A DNA stretch of 64,000 bases, taken from the NCBI GenBank assembly GCA_963834245.1, contig CAWIAV010000002.1:792038-856037 (forward strand), in the 5' to 3' direction. This DNA is from an uncultured Actinomycetota bacterium (GTDB lineage Bacteria > Actinomycetota > Actinomycetes > Propionibacteriales > Nocardioidaceae). The stretch's first letter is position 1; each line of letters opens with the position of its first letter. The notes beneath the pieces are model-generated. The model did no database searches. It had not been told where the DNA came from and was given only the letters and a program-made list of their open reading frames with translations. Below are positions 1 through 11,339 of this stretch, piece after piece. The position numbers and the translations under genes are program-made.

Positions 1-1
1 G

Positions 2-400
2 CTGCACCTGCCGGTCCCGCGTTACGACACCTCGATCGCGATCATGGGGGGCTCCAGCCGCGCGGGGGTGTGGGAGGTGGGCCCGTCACACACGGCGTTC
101 TCGTTGATGGGAGGCGTGACGCTGGACCTGCGGCTGGCCCGCTTCACCGGCCGGCAGACCACCATCAACGCCTACGCGATCTGGGGTGGGGTCGACATCG
201 TCGTCAACGCGGGGACCCGAGTCCTCGTCGACGGCGTCGGCATCATGGGTGGCTTCGACCAGGCCCGCGACCGGGTGCCTGCCGACCTCGGCGTCGACTC
301 GCCCGTCGTGCGCGTGACCGGATTCGCTCTGATGGGTGGCGTCACCGTCAAGCGGCGGCCGATGCCCGGCGAGACCAGGCGCCGGCTGCTCGGTCGCTGA
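2..400 (+). CDS. DUF1707/LiaF-like (cell-wall-active antibiotic response) protein, C-terminal part, 5'-truncated by window edge
   Basis: Frame is open from base 2. Repeated 'AIMGG..R.G.W', 'SLMGGVTLDLR' and 'GFALMGGVTV' beta-repeats are typical of the DUF1707-associated C-terminal domain. Confidence 0.7.
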   Translation: MHLPVPRYDTSIAIMGGSSRAGVWEVGPSHTAFSLMGGVTLDLRLARFTGRQTTINAYAIWGGVDIVVNAGTRVLVDGVGIMGGFDQARDRVPADLGVDSPVVRVTGFALMGGVTVKRRPMPGETRRRLLGR

Positions 401-403
401 GCC

Positions 404-1426
404 TCACCGCGATGGTGGCCCGGTCGAGCTGCGGATCACCAGCTCGGTCGGGAGGACGACGTGCTCGACCGGTTCGCTCGACGCTCGGGAGCGAGCCTGC
501 GACAGCACGTCCAGCACTTGCTGGGCAGCGCGTCGCCCCTGGTCCAGCACCGGCTGGGCGACGGTGGTGAGGTCTAGGAACTGAGCCATCTCGTGATCGT
601 CGACCCCGACCACGGAGAGATCCTCGGGGACCCGAAGACCGGCCAGCCGAGCGCTGCGGAGGACACCGAAGGCCATCTCGTCGGAGGCACAGAACACCGC
701 CGTCGGCGGCTCCGCCAGCGCGAGCAGTCGCGCGCCTGCCTCGACGCCTCCAGCGACGGTGAAGAAGCCCACCTGGTCCAGCTCGGGGTCGGGCGCGATC
801 CCCGCGCGCCCCAGGGTGGCGAGATACCCGTGCCGTCGCACCCGCGGAGTCGCGAAGTCAAGGCTCTCCTCGAGGTCTCCGCCGACATAGGCGATGCGGC
901 GGTGCCCCAGTGCCAGGAGATGCTCGACCGCGGTCGTGGCGGCCGCAGCATCGTCGATCTGCACGCTGGGCCATTCCGGGACGGTGGTGCCGACGAGTGC
1001 GATCGGCGGCGCGTGGTCGCGCAACCAGCCCATCTCGGCCTCGGTGGGTTGCAGCCCCAGGACCATCATGGCGTCCACCCGCTTGGTCAGCTGGTGGGTC
1101 TGCAGCACCCGGTGCCTCGCCTCGCGGTTTCCCGCGAGGTTGAACAGCAACAGGTCGTAGCCCTGGCGCCGGAGCACCTCCTCCGCACCCTGCACGACCG
1201 TGGCGAAGAACCAGCGGGTCACGTAGGGGACCACCACGGCCACGTTCCGGGTCTCTCCGCTGGCGAGCCCGGCAGCAGCGCGCGAGGGCACGTAGTTCAA
1301 GGTGACGGCCGTGTCGGTCACTCGTTGTCGCGTTGCTGCCGAGACTCCCGGGAGTCCACGCAGGGCGCGCGACACCGTGGCCGTCGACAGTCCGGTGGCG
1401 GCGGCGACGTCGTGGATGCTCGTCAT
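404..1426 (-). CDS. LacI family transcriptional regulator
   Basis: N-terminal HTH 'MTSIHDVAAATGLSTATVSRAL' plus a periplasmic-binding-protein-like effector domain ('PTAVFCASDEMAFG', 'DLSVVGVDD'). Start set at the ATG at 1426. Confidence 0.95.
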   Translation of the reverse strand: MTSIHDVAAATGLSTATVSRALRGLPGVSAATRQRVTDTAVTLNYVPSRAAAGLASGETRNVAVVVPYVTRWFFATVVQGAEEVLRRQGYDLLLFNLAGNREARHRVLQTHQLTKRVDAMMVLGLQPTEAEMGWLRDHAPPIALVGTTVPEWPSVQIDDAAAATTAVEHLLALGHRRIAYVGGDLEESLDFATPRVRRHGYLATLGRAGIAPDPELDQVGFFTVAGGVEAGARLLALAEPPTAVFCASDEMAFGVLRSARLAGLRVPEDLSVVGVDDHEMAQFLDLTTVAQPVLDQGRRAAQQVLDVLSQARSRASSEPVEHVVLPTELVIRSSTGPPSR

Positions 1427-1452
1427 CGGTCCGGGCGAGTAGTTTGGGCGCC

Positions 1453-2826
1453 ATGACACGCGCGCTTCCAGATCCCGGCACCTTGGCCCTCGGCGTCGCC
1501 ACGGCGTCCTACCAGATCGAGGGGGCGACCCGGGAGGACGGTCGAGGACCTTCGATCTGGGACACCTTCACCGCGCGGAAGGGAACGATCCGCGATGCCA
1601 GCGACGGCTCCACGGCCTGCGACTCCTACCACCGGCTCGAGGAGGACCTGGACCTCGTCAAGGGTCTCGGCGTGGACTACTACCGGTTCTCCGTGGCCTG
1701 GTCGCGGGTGATCCCCGACGGTCGGGGGCGGGTGGAGTCGCGCGGTCTGGACTACTACGAGCGTCTTGTCGACGGCCTTCTGGCACGCGGGGTGGCTCCG
1801 GCACTGACGCTCTACCACTGGGACCTGCCCCAGCCGCTTGAGGACGCCGGTGGGTGGCTGGAGCGTGGCACCGCCGAGGCGTTCGCCGCCTACGCGGAGG
1901 TCGTGTACGAGCGGCTCGGTGACCGAGTGGGCCTGTGGACCACGCACAACGAGCCCTGGTGCTCGGCCTACCTCGGCTACGCCGCCGGCGTGCATGCACC
2001 GGGTCATCAGCTGGGTGGGCAGGCCCATGTCGCCGCCCACCACCTCATGCTGGGCCACGGCCTCGCCGCCGCGGCGCTGCGGTCCGCAGGAGCGGCGTCC
2101 GTGGGGATCGTGCTGAACCTCGAGCCGGTGTGGCCCGAGAGGGAGGAGGCCGCCGCGGTCGCCGACGGAGTCGACGCGGTGCACAACCGGGTCTGGCTCG
2201 ACCCGTTGATCGACGGGGAGTACGACGCCGGTCTGCTCAGCATCGCACCCGAGCTCTCCGACCCGGCGGTGGTGCGCCCCGGAGACCTGGAGCTCATCCA
2301 GGGCTCGGCGGACTGGCTCGGCGTGAACTACTACACCCCGGTGCGCCCTGATCTCCCCGGAGACGGCCCGCATCCCGCGAACGCGCCCTACCCCGGGGTC
2401 GCACCCTTCAGCTTCGCGCCCCGCGAACCCCGCACAGACATCGGGTGGGAGGTGGAGGCGCGTGGCCTCGAGGAGCTCATGGTGGAGACCTACCGCCGCA
2501 CCGGTCTGCCCCTGCTGATCACCGAGAACGGCGCCGCCTACGCCGATCCTGCGGTGGAGGGGTACGTCGACGACCAGGACCGCATCGCCTACCTGGCCGA
2601 CCACCTCGCGGCGACCGAGCGAGCACGCAGCGCCGGTGCCGACATCCGTGCCTACTTCGTCTGGACGCTGCTCGACAACTTCGAGTGGGCGGAGGGCTAC
2701 ACCAAGACCTTCGGCATCGTCCACGTCGACCCAGCCGACCAGCGACGGACGCCCAAGGCCTCCTTTCGCTGGTTCACCGACTACGTGGCAAAGCACCACG
2801 AGGGCGTGGAACCGCCTACCCCTTGA
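1453..2826 (+). CDS. GH1 beta-glucosidase
   Basis: 'GVATASYQIEG', 'YRFSVAWSRV', 'TLYHWDLP', acid/base 'HNEP', nucleophile 'ITENG', 'DNFEWAEGY'. TAGTTT lies 7 nt before the ATG, suggesting a leaderless transcript. Confidence 0.95.
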   Translation: MTRALPDPGTLALGVATASYQIEGATREDGRGPSIWDTFTARKGTIRDASDGSTACDSYHRLEEDLDLVKGLGVDYYRFSVAWSRVIPDGRGRVESRGLDYYERLVDGLLARGVAPALTLYHWDLPQPLEDAGGWLERGTAEAFAAYAEVVYERLGDRVGLWTTHNEPWCSAYLGYAAGVHAPGHQLGGQAHVAAHHLMLGHGLAAAALRSAGAASVGIVLNLEPVWPEREEAAAVADGVDAVHNRVWLDPLIDGEYDAGLLSIAPELSDPAVVRPGDLELIQGSADWLGVNYYTPVRPDLPGDGPHPANAPYPGVAPFSFAPREPRTDIGWEVEARGLEELMVETYRRTGLPLLITENGAAYADPAVEGYVDDQDRIAYLADHLAATERARSAGADIRAYFVWTLLDNFEWAEGYTKTFGIVHVDPADQRRTPKASFRWFTDYVAKHHEGVEPPTP

Positions 2827-3775
2827 CACTTCCGGCCAGCAGACCGCGCACGAAGTAGCGCTGCAGCGAGAGGAAGACGACCAACGGAACGATCAGCGAC
2901 ACGAAGGCGCCGGCAGAGAGCAGGTGCCAGTCCTCGCCGCGTTGACCCGCAAGCTCGGCCAGCCGCACGGTGAGGGGGGACACCTCGAGGCTGCCGCCAC
3001 CGAAGACCAAGGCCACCAGCAGGTCGTTCCAGACCCAGAGGAACTGGAAGATGCCGAAGGCGGCGATGGCAGGCGCCATCAGCGGCAGCATGATCCGCCC
3101 GAAGATCTGCGGGTGTCCGGCGCCGTCGACGCGAGCAGATTCGATGAGCTCGCGCGGGATCTCCCGCATGAAGTTGTGCAGCAGATAGATCGCCAGTGGC
3201 AGCGCGAAGATCGAGTGCGAGAGCCAGATCGTGTAGAAGCCACCACCGGGGGCGTCGGATCCCGCAAGCTGAGGTAGCCCGAAGGGCGGAGACACGTACA
3301 GCGAGAGGAGCGGAATCATCGTCACCTGGATCGGCACGATCTGGAGCGCGAAGACACCCACGAAGAGCGCGTGCCGCCCGCGGAAGTCCATCCACGCGAA
3401 GGCGTAGGCCGCCATCGTCGCCAGGCTGATCGGGATGAGCACCGACGGGATCGAGACCACCACGGAGTTGATCAGGTAGGTGGCCAGGTTCGTGTCGGAG
3501 CCGGTGATCACCGACCGGTAGTTCTCCAGCGTGAACTCTGGGTTGGCGAGGGTGTTCCACCAGCCGTCGGTCTTGACCTGCGTCTCCGGGCGGAACGAGG
3601 AGATGAACAGCCCCAGGGTCGGCATCGTCCACAGCAGCGCGATGAGCAGCGCGGCGCCGGAGGCGAACCGGTTGGTGAGCGCGGAGTGTGCCGCGGCCGA
3701 GGCGCTCTTGGGTCGAGGGGGCGTCTCGGGGGTCTCGGGGGTCTCGGGGGCGATGTTCGGGGTCGAGGTGCTCAT
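2816..3775 (-). CDS. Carbohydrate ABC transporter permease (MalG-like)
   Basis: Multiple TM segments; EAA motif 'IPRELIESARVDGAG'; 'WVWNDLL'. Confidence 0.93.
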   Translation of the reverse strand: MSTSTPNIAPETPETPETPPRPKSASAAAHSALTNRFASGAALLIALLWTMPTLGLFISSFRPETQVKTDGWWNTLANPEFTLENYRSVITGSDTNLATYLINSVVVSIPSVLIPISLATMAAYAFAWMDFRGRHALFVGVFALQIVPIQVTMIPLLSLYVSPPFGLPQLAGSDAPGGGFYTIWLSHSIFALPLAIYLLHNFMREIPRELIESARVDGAGHPQIFGRIMLPLMAPAIAAFGIFQFLWVWNDLLVALVFGGGSLEVSPLTVRLAELAGQRGEDWHLLSAGAFVSLIVPLVVFLSLQRYFVRGLLAGSVKG

Positions 3776-4734
3776 CGGGCCTCCAGCTTCAGCATCAGGC
3801 GGACGTTGTAGACCACGATCGGGATTACCAGGACGAAGATCAGCGTTGCCAGCGCGGCTCCGAGACCCTGGTTGAAGGACCGGAAGCTTTGTACGTAGAA
3901 CTCATAGGCGATAACGCTGGTCCCGAAGTTGCCGCCAGTCGCGGTCCGCACGATGTCGAAGACTTTGAGGGTGGCGATGCTGATGGTGGTGAGCACCACG
4001 ATCAGCGAAGGTTGGATGCTGGGGACGGTGATGTAGCGGAACATCTTGATGCCGCTGACCCCGTCGAGCCGGGCCGCATCGATGACGTCGTCGGGGATCG
4101 CCTTGATGGCGGCCGACAGGATCGTCATGGCGAAACCGGCCTGGATCCAGACCATGATCACCACGAGGAACAGGGTGTTCCACGGCTCGGTGAGCAGGAA
4201 TCGGTAACTGTCGAGCCCCACCCCCGTCAGCACCGCGTTCAGGATGCCGATCTGGTCCTGGTCGGTTCCCTTGTAGGCGTAGACGAACTTCCAGATGATC
4301 GAGGCGCCGACCAAGGAGATGGCCATCGGCAGGAAGATCAGCGCTTTGGCGAACTTCTCGAACTTGGCACGGTCGACCAGCACTGCGTAGACGAGGCCCA
4401 CGAAGGTCGACAGCAGCGGGACGAGGACGACCCAGATCGCCGTGTTGCGCAGCACCTTCAGCTGTGCGCCGTCGGTGAAGATCGTCTGATAGTTCTCGAG
4501 GCCGACGAACTCCGTACCACCAGCGTTCTTGAACGACTGGATGATCGTGGTCACCGCCGGATATAGCAGCCCCACGGCGATCATCAGCAGCGCCGGGACC
4601 ACGAAGGCTGCGATCTGGATGCGCTCACCGTTGCGCGAGCGGAGCCGCGCGGTCACCAGCAGGATCACGCCCACGACCCCGAAGAACAGCGCCACGGCGA
4701 TGACGAGTTGCAGGAACTTCTCCGCTGTAGACAT
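3772..4734 (-). CDS. Carbohydrate ABC transporter permease (MalF-like)
   Basis: 'FVGLENY', EAA motif 'IPDDVIDAARLDGVS', TM segments; 4-nt overlap with the next permease. Confidence 0.93.
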   Translation of the reverse strand: MSTAEKFLQLVIAVALFFGVVGVILLVTARLRSRNGERIQIAAFVVPALLMIAVGLLYPAVTTIIQSFKNAGGTEFVGLENYQTIFTDGAQLKVLRNTAIWVVLVPLLSTFVGLVYAVLVDRAKFEKFAKALIFLPMAISLVGASIIWKFVYAYKGTDQDQIGILNAVLTGVGLDSYRFLLTEPWNTLFLVVIMVWIQAGFAMTILSAAIKAIPDDVIDAARLDGVSGIKMFRYITVPSIQPSLIVVLTTISIATLKVFDIVRTATGGNFGTSVIAYEFYVQSFRSFNQGLGAALATLIFVLVIPIVVYNVRLMLKLEAR

Positions 4735-4789
4735 CTCTCATCACTTCCGGTCCGGACGAAGGGCCGTGCAAGGGCCCGAGGGGATGGAG

Positions 4790-4827
4790 CCCTGTCGGGT
4801 CATGGCCGCGGCCATGACCCGACAGGG
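4790..4827. terminator. 38-bp perfect palindrome between binding-protein and permease genes (terminator or mRNA-stabilising hairpin)
   Basis: CCCTGTCGGGTCATGGCC-GC-GGCCATGACCCGACAGGG is its own reverse complement and lies just downstream of the SBP stop codon. Confidence 0.75.
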
Positions 4828-4841
4828 TCGCTCTCACAACG

Positions 4842-6215
4842 TCACGAGGACGGCCAGGACTTCTCGATGGCGTCCAGGACTTCCTTGGTGCTGTCGCCGG
4901 TGATCCAGCGGGTCATCTCCTTCCAGAAGGAGCCGGAGCCGACGGCGCCGGGCATCTGGTCGGAGGCGTCGAACCGGAAGACGGCCTCGGGGTCCTGCAG
5001 GATCTCGGCCGACAGCTTGTCGATCGGGCTGGACAGGTTGGCGATGTCGAGGCCGGTGTTGGCGCTCACCCAGCCGCTGCCCGCCTTGGCCTTCTCGTTG
5101 GCCCAGACGTCGCTGGAGAGGTAGGTCTGGAACGCCTGGACCTCGGGCTCGTCGGAGAACGCGGCGACGAACTCGCCACCACCCAGAACGGGGGTGCCGA
5201 ACTCCTCACTGGTGGTCGGCAGGTAGAAGGCGAACACGTCGCCGTCCTCGGCCACGTTCGTCCCCTCGGGCCACTGGGCGGCGTAGAAGCTGGCCTGGCG
5301 GTGCAGGGCGCACTTGTCGTCGAGGATCGGCAGCCCGGACTCCTGGAAGGCCGTGGTGGCGATCGACTTGACGTCACCGATGCCCGCGTTGACGTACTTC
5401 TCGTCCTTGAGGATCGCGCCCACCCGGTCGAGCGACTCGACGATCTTCGGGTCGTTGAACGGGATCTCGTGGTTGACCCACTGGTCGTAGGCCTCGGGAC
5501 CGGCGTCGCGGAGAACCGCGTCCTCGAGCCAGTCGGTGGTCACCCACCCGGTGGCGTCACCGGACTCGATTCCGGCGCACCAGGGCTTGAGGCCGCTCGC
5601 AGCGATCTTGTCGGAGAGGGCCATCATGTCGTCCCAGGTCTCGGGCACCTCCCAGTTGTTCTTCTCGAACATCGACGGGGAGTACCAGACGAACGACTTG
5701 ACGTTGGCTCCCAGAGGAGCGGCGTAGAACTTGTCGTCGACCGTGCCGTAGGCGCGCCAGTCCTCGCCGAAGAACTCATCGACGTTGTCGGAGACAGTGC
5801 TCGGCGCCTCCACCACCTTGCCGGTGTCCTTGACCAGCGTGCTGAGCAGGCCGGGCTGGGGGATGTAGGCGATGTCAGGGGCGTTGCCACTGCGGACTCG
5901 CACGACCAACTGCGCCTCGAACTCCGAGGAGCCTTCGTACTTCACCGTGGCACCCGTGCACTCCTCGAAGACCTTGTAGGAGTTCTCGTGCACCTCTTGC
6001 TCGGGGGGCAGGATGGAGGTGTAAACCCCGACGTCGCGTCCGGTGAGGTCGCCGAAGCTGGTCAGCTGCTCGCACTCGGCCTTGCCTTCGCCAGGCGAGG
6101 TGCCGTCGGCCGCCTTGGTCTCACCGTCGCCGCCGCCGCAGGCAGTGAGGACGAGTCCGGCCGCTGTGATGGCGGCAGCCGCGGCGAGTCGCCGATTAGA
6201 AATGATAGGTCGCAT
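4842..6215 (-). CDS. Sugar ABC transporter substrate-binding lipoprotein
   Basis: Signal peptide 'MRPIISNRRLAAAAAITAAGLVLTAC' with lipobox LTAC; GAGGAG RBS before ATG 6215; family-1 SBP motifs ('GDATGW..TDW.ED', 'FRFDASDQMPGAVG'). Confidence 0.92.
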   Translation of the reverse strand: MRPIISNRRLAAAAAITAAGLVLTACGGGDGETKAADGTSPGEGKAECEQLTSFGDLTGRDVGVYTSILPPEQEVHENSYKVFEECTGATVKYEGSSEFEAQLVVRVRSGNAPDIAYIPQPGLLSTLVKDTGKVVEAPSTVSDNVDEFFGEDWRAYGTVDDKFYAAPLGANVKSFVWYSPSMFEKNNWEVPETWDDMMALSDKIAASGLKPWCAGIESGDATGWVTTDWLEDAVLRDAGPEAYDQWVNHEIPFNDPKIVESLDRVGAILKDEKYVNAGIGDVKSIATTAFQESGLPILDDKCALHRQASFYAAQWPEGTNVAEDGDVFAFYLPTTSEEFGTPVLGGGEFVAAFSDEPEVQAFQTYLSSDVWANEKAKAGSGWVSANTGLDIANLSSPIDKLSAEILQDPEAVFRFDASDQMPGAVGSGSFWKEMTRWITGDSTKEVLDAIEKSWPSS

Positions 6216-6269
6216 TTGACGCTCTCCTCGTCGTTCGGTGTGGACTTTCGCCACACGCAGACCTGCTGA

Positions 6270-6283
6270 TGTAAGCGTTTGCG
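6270..6283. promoter_or_regulatory. Putative LacI-family operator between divergent SBP and ATPase genes
   Basis: TGTAAGCGTTTGCG resembles the LacI-family palindrome TGnAAnCGnTTnCA and sits in the shared promoter region. Assignment to the adjacent LacI is inference. Confidence 0.55.
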
Positions 6284-6442
6284 CAGCACCGCGGTCAAGG
6301 GCTTCGGGCAACGGATTCGTAACGGCGTCAGGTCGTCTAGGCAAGTTTTGCCGAGCCTCCGATCGGCACGTAGTGTGATGCAGACCACTCACAACTCACA
6401 ACGGATCGTCCGGCACGTTCCTGCCGGTGAGGAGATGGAATA

Positions 6443-7525
<1,083 letters not shown>

Positions 7526-7537
7526 CGAGTCGCCGGC

Positions 7538-8464
7538 TCAGGCGGGCTGGTCGGACCCCCGAGGGGTGTTCCGGCCAGCCCGGCCCGCTGTCCGGGTGAT
7601 GATCTCGGTGAACGTCGCGAACAGCTCGGTCGGCATGTCGTGGCCCATCCCGTCGATGATCAGCAGCTCGGCGTCGGGGATCGCGCGCGCGGTGGCCCGG
7701 CCACCGGAGACGTGCACCATCTTGTCGGCAGCACCGTGCACCACCGCCGTGGGCACGCGCAGGGACGCCAGATGGCGTGACCTGTCGCGCTGGTTGAGAA
7801 CGGCCAGCATCTGGCGCATCACGCCGCTGGCAGAGACCCCCCGGTCGTAGGTCTCCTCGGCCCGCGCCCGGGCCTCCTGCTCGTCCATCGGGTAGCCCGG
7901 GGAACCGATCAGCTGCCAGGTCCGCGCCGAGGTCTCGGCGTACGCCTCCCGGCCGGGGGTGCGCTTGGCGATCAGCATCGGCAGCAGCGACGGGTGCTGC
8001 CAGCCGACGCTGCGCTTGCCGACCGTGGACATGATCGAGGTGAGCGAGCGCACCCGGGCCGGGGCCTCGAGGGCCATCGTCTGCGCGATCATGCCGCCCA
8101 TCGAGACCCCCACCACGTGGGCGGAGCTCCACCCGAGGTGGTCCATCAGGCCGAGGGCGTCACCGGCCATGTCGTGAAGCGTGTACGGCGGGCGACTGCC
8201 CCGCCCGACGAAGGCTCGCGCCAGCTGCGCCCGCGAGACGCGCCCGGGGATGCGGCTGGAGCGGCCGGTGTCGCGGTTGTCGTAGCGGACCACGTGGAAA
8301 CCCGCATCGGCCAACATCGCGCACAGCTTCGGGTCCCACCAGTTCATCGGCCCACCGAGACCCATGACCAGCAGCAGTGGTTCGCCGTCGGGGTCGCCGA
8401 AGGTCTGGTAGCACAGCTCGACGCCGGGCGACACGGGGGCGAACAGCTCCTGGGAGACGGACAT
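7538..8464 (-). CDS. Alpha/beta hydrolase
   Basis: 'LLLVMGLG', 'YDNRDTGRS', nucleophile elbow 'GVSMGG', catalytic 'GMGHD'. Confidence 0.88.
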   Translation of the reverse strand: MSVSQELFAPVSPGVELCYQTFGDPDGEPLLLVMGLGGPMNWWDPKLCAMLADAGFHVVRYDNRDTGRSSRIPGRVSRAQLARAFVGRGSRPPYTLHDMAGDALGLMDHLGWSSAHVVGVSMGGMIAQTMALEAPARVRSLTSIMSTVGKRSVGWQHPSLLPMLIAKRTPGREAYAETSARTWQLIGSPGYPMDEQEARARAEETYDRGVSASGVMRQMLAVLNQRDRSRHLASLRVPTAVVHGAADKMVHVSGGRATARAIPDAELLIIDGMGHDMPTELFATFTEIITRTAGRAGRNTPRGSDQPA

Positions 8465-8549
8465 GGCGCTTGGATACCTCATTTCCACAGTTGTTAAACA
8501 ATCAATGAACATATGGTGCCCGAGGCTCTGATAACGCTACCGTCGAAGG

Positions 8550-9392
8550 GTGAACTCACCGATCGGGTCGTTCCTGCTGCCCCCGGGTTTCGAGGGGCCA
8601 GCGGGAGTTCGCGCCCTGGCCGGGGAGACCAGCACGGTCCTCGAGGCGGCTCGCCTGCTCAGGCGGGTTCGCAGCGATCGACGCGCCCGCGCCCTGCGCT
8701 CCTACGCCGGCAGCCATCGGGTGCCTGCGCACGACCCGGTCCTGCTGGTGCCCGGGTTCATGGCCGGCGACGGCACGCTGCGGGCGATGTCGACGTTCCT
8801 GCGGCACGAGGGTTTCCGCACCTACCGTGCCCAGATCCGGGTCAACATGGGTTGCACGAGAGAGGCGGCCGAGCGCCTCGAACGCCGACTGGAGTCGATC
8901 GCGATCCGCCGCGACCGCAAGGTCACCGTCGTGGGCCACAGCCTCGGCGGCATGCTGGCTCGCGGACTCGCCGCGAGGCGGCCCGACCTGGTCGAAGGGA
9001 TCGTGAGCCTGGGCAGCCCCGTCCTCGCCCCCGGTGCCGTCCACCGGGTGCTCGCCTGGGACGCGCAGATGCTGGCCCGGCTGAGCCGCGTCGGATTCGG
9101 CGGAATGATGGGCGCGGAGTGCTTCGGCGGCGACTGCGCCCGGCTCAGCTGGGAGGAGAGTCAGCTCCCCATCGCCGAGGAGCTCGGATTCACCTCGATC
9201 TACAGCAAGCGCGATGGCGTGGTCGACTGGCGGGCCTGTCTGGACCCGGCCGCCACGCACGTGGAGGTACGCACCAGTCACTGCGGCATGGCAGTGGACC
9301 CGGTGGTCATGGACCATGTGCTCGCCGCGCTGCGCGCGCAGCAGGTCAGGCGGGCCAGCCTTCCGGCAGCTCCTGCCGCCGAGGCGGGTTAG
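8550..9392 (+). CDS. Lipase/esterase-like alpha/beta hydrolase
   Basis: 'PVLLVPGF', 'GHSLGG', 'SIYSKRDGVVDW', 'SHCGM'. Confidence 0.85.
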   Translation: MNSPIGSFLLPPGFEGPAGVRALAGETSTVLEAARLLRRVRSDRRARALRSYAGSHRVPAHDPVLLVPGFMAGDGTLRAMSTFLRHEGFRTYRAQIRVNMGCTREAAERLERRLESIAIRRDRKVTVVGHSLGGMLARGLAARRPDLVEGIVSLGSPVLAPGAVHRVLAWDAQMLARLSRVGFGGMMGAECFGGDCARLSWEESQLPIAEELGFTSIYSKRDGVVDWRACLDPAATHVEVRTSHCGMAVDPVVMDHVLAALRAQQVRRASLPAAPAAEAG

Positions 9393-10260
9393 CCCCGCGC
9401 CGCTCGCAGGTGATCGCGGCCACTTCCATCGACCCACGCATCAAGCGGACGAGGGCGTCCTCGTCGCTCGGCAGGCCCACATCGGGGGAGGTGAACACCC
9501 CGGAGTCGTGCAGCTGGGCGAGGGTGGCGGCCATGAACGCGTCACCGGCACCGACGGTGTCGATCACCTCGACGGGCCGGGGACTCGCGCTGGTCTCCAC
9601 CCCCGCGCGGAAGGCGGTCGCGCCACCCGCGCCCCGGGTGAGCAGCACCAGCTCGGTGCGTTCGCCGGTGAGCAGGCTGCGTGCGGTCTCAGCGGGATCG
9701 AGGTCTGGGTGAAGCAGCTCGGCGTCCTCGTCGCTGAGCTTGACCAGGGTGCAGCTGGCGGCCAGCTCGTGGACCTCCCGGCGTACCCGGTCACGGTCGT
9801 CGATGAACGACTCGCGCAGGTTGACGTCGTAGCTGACGAACAGGTCGCGGGCGCGGGCCTGCTCGACCAGGTCGACGACGCTGGCCCGGCCCGGCTCGAG
9901 CAGGGTCCCCAGTGACCCGACGTGCAGGGCGTGGCCCGGCGGGAGCTCTTGGGGAGGCAGGCTCCAGTCGATGTCGAACTCATAGCTGGCGGCGCCACTG
10001 GGGTCGAGTCGAGCGACACCCACCGAGGTGAGGCCGGTGGACGTGGGGGGGCCCACCAGCTCGGCGCCGCTGGCGTGCACGTGCTGCACGACGAGCCCCC
10101 CGCGCTCGTCGTGGCCGACCTGGCTGATCAGGGTGACCGGCACCTCCAGCCGGCCCAGCCCGACGGCCACGTTCAACGGGGAGCCGCCGGGTGACTCGCT
10201 GGAGTCCCCCTCGGAGTCGGTGACGACGTCGACCAGGGCTTCACCTGCAACGATGATCAT
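9346..10260 (-). CDS. PfkB family carbohydrate kinase (fructokinase-like)
   Basis: 'MIIVAGEALVD', 'PGGSPLNVAVGLGRL', 'DTVGAGDAF'. The ORF-track upstream extension overlaps glpX in another frame and is not used. Confidence 0.92.
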   Translation of the reverse strand: MIIVAGEALVDVVTDSEGDSSESPGGSPLNVAVGLGRLEVPVTLISQVGHDERGGLVVQHVHASGAELVGPPTSTGLTSVGVARLDPSGAASYEFDIDWSLPPQELPPGHALHVGSLGTLLEPGRASVVDLVEQARARDLFVSYDVNLRESFIDDRDRVRREVHELAASCTLVKLSDEDAELLHPDLDPAETARSLLTGERTELVLLTRGAGGATAFRAGVETSASPRPVEVIDTVGAGDAFMAATLAQLHDSGVFTSPDVGLPSDEDALVRLMRGSMEVAAITCERRGANPPRRQELPEGWPA

Positions 10261-10271
10261 GGGCACCCAGC

Positions 10272-11297
10272 TCAGTGGTCGAAGTCGACGTCGGCGTACG
10301 CACGAAGCTTGCTCAGCTTGTGCTCGGAGCGGATCGACCTGATCGTCCCGCTGCGCGAGCGCATCACCAGCGAGTGGGTCGAGGCGCCGCCGGCCCGGTA
10401 GCGCACGCCCTCCATGAGCTCGCCGTCGGTGATGCCGGTGGCGACGAAGAAGCAGTCGTCCGCCGAGACGAGGTCGTTGGTGTAGAGCACCCGGTCGAGG
10501 TCGTGACCGGCGTCGATCGCACGCTGCCGTTCCTCCTCGTCCGTCGGCCAGAGCCGGCCCTGGATGACACCGTCGAGACACTTCATCGCGCACGCGGCGA
10601 TGATCCCCTCCGGCGTGCCGCCGATCCCGAGCAGCAGGTCGATGCCGGTGCCCTCGCGGGCGGCCATGATCGCCCCGGCCACGTCCCCGTCGGTGATGAA
10701 CTTGATCCGTGCGCCCGTGGCACGGATCTCCTCGGCGAGCTGCTCGTGGCGCGGCCGGTCCAGCAGGACGACCGTGACGTCCTCGGGCTTGCTCCCCTTG
10801 GCCTTGGCGACCTGGTGGATGTTCTCGGCGACCGGGTAGCGGATGTCCACGACGTCGGCCGCGGCCGGGCCGGTGACCAGCTTCTCCATGTAGAAGACGG
10901 CAGAGGGGTCGTACATCGTGCCGCGCGGGGCGACCGCCAGCACCGCGATGGCGTTGGCCATGCCCTTCGCGGTCAGGGTGGTTCCGTCGATCGGGTCCAC
11001 GGCGACGTCGCACTCCGGTCCGCTGCCGTCCCCGACCTCCTCGCCGTTGTAGAGCATCGGCGCGTTGTCCTTCTCGCCCTCGCCGATCACCACGGTGCCG
11101 CGCATGCCGACGGTGGAGATCAGGACTCGCATCGCGTTGACCGCCACGCCGTCGGCGCCGTTCTTGTCCCCCTTGCCGACCCACCTGCCCGCGGCCATGG
11201 CGGCTGCTTCGGTCACCCGGACGAGCTCGAGTGCCAGGTTGCGGTCAGGGGAGGAGGGGGCTACGGACAACGAGTCGGGCACGTGGCTCTCAGACAT
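10272..11297 (-). CDS. glpX: Class II fructose-1,6-bisphosphatase
   Basis: '[15 protein letters not shown]', '[14 protein letters not shown]', 'DPIDGT', 'GIGGTPEG'. Confidence 0.96.
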   Translation of the reverse strand: MSESHVPDSLSVAPSSPDRNLALELVRVTEAAAMAAGRWVGKGDKNGADGVAVNAMRVLISTVGMRGTVVIGEGEKDNAPMLYNGEEVGDGSGPECDVAVDPIDGTTLTAKGMANAIAVLAVAPRGTMYDPSAVFYMEKLVTGPAAADVVDIRYPVAENIHQVAKAKGSKPEDVTVVLLDRPRHEQLAEEIRATGARIKFITDGDVAGAIMAAREGTGIDLLLGIGGTPEGIIAACAMKCLDGVIQGRLWPTDEEERQRAIDAGHDLDRVLYTNDLVSADDCFFVATGITDGELMEGVRYRAGGASTHSLVMRSRSGTIRSIRSEHKLSKLRAYADVDFDH

Positions 11298-11339
11298 GGC
11301 AGTGATCGTAACCTTCATCGCGGTTGGCAGGATGGGTCC

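Noticed and set aside
9346-11184. 612-aa ORF suggesting an N-terminally extended PfkB kinase
   Set aside because: The extension is an Arg/Gly-rich alternative frame of glpX; the kinase begins at 10260.
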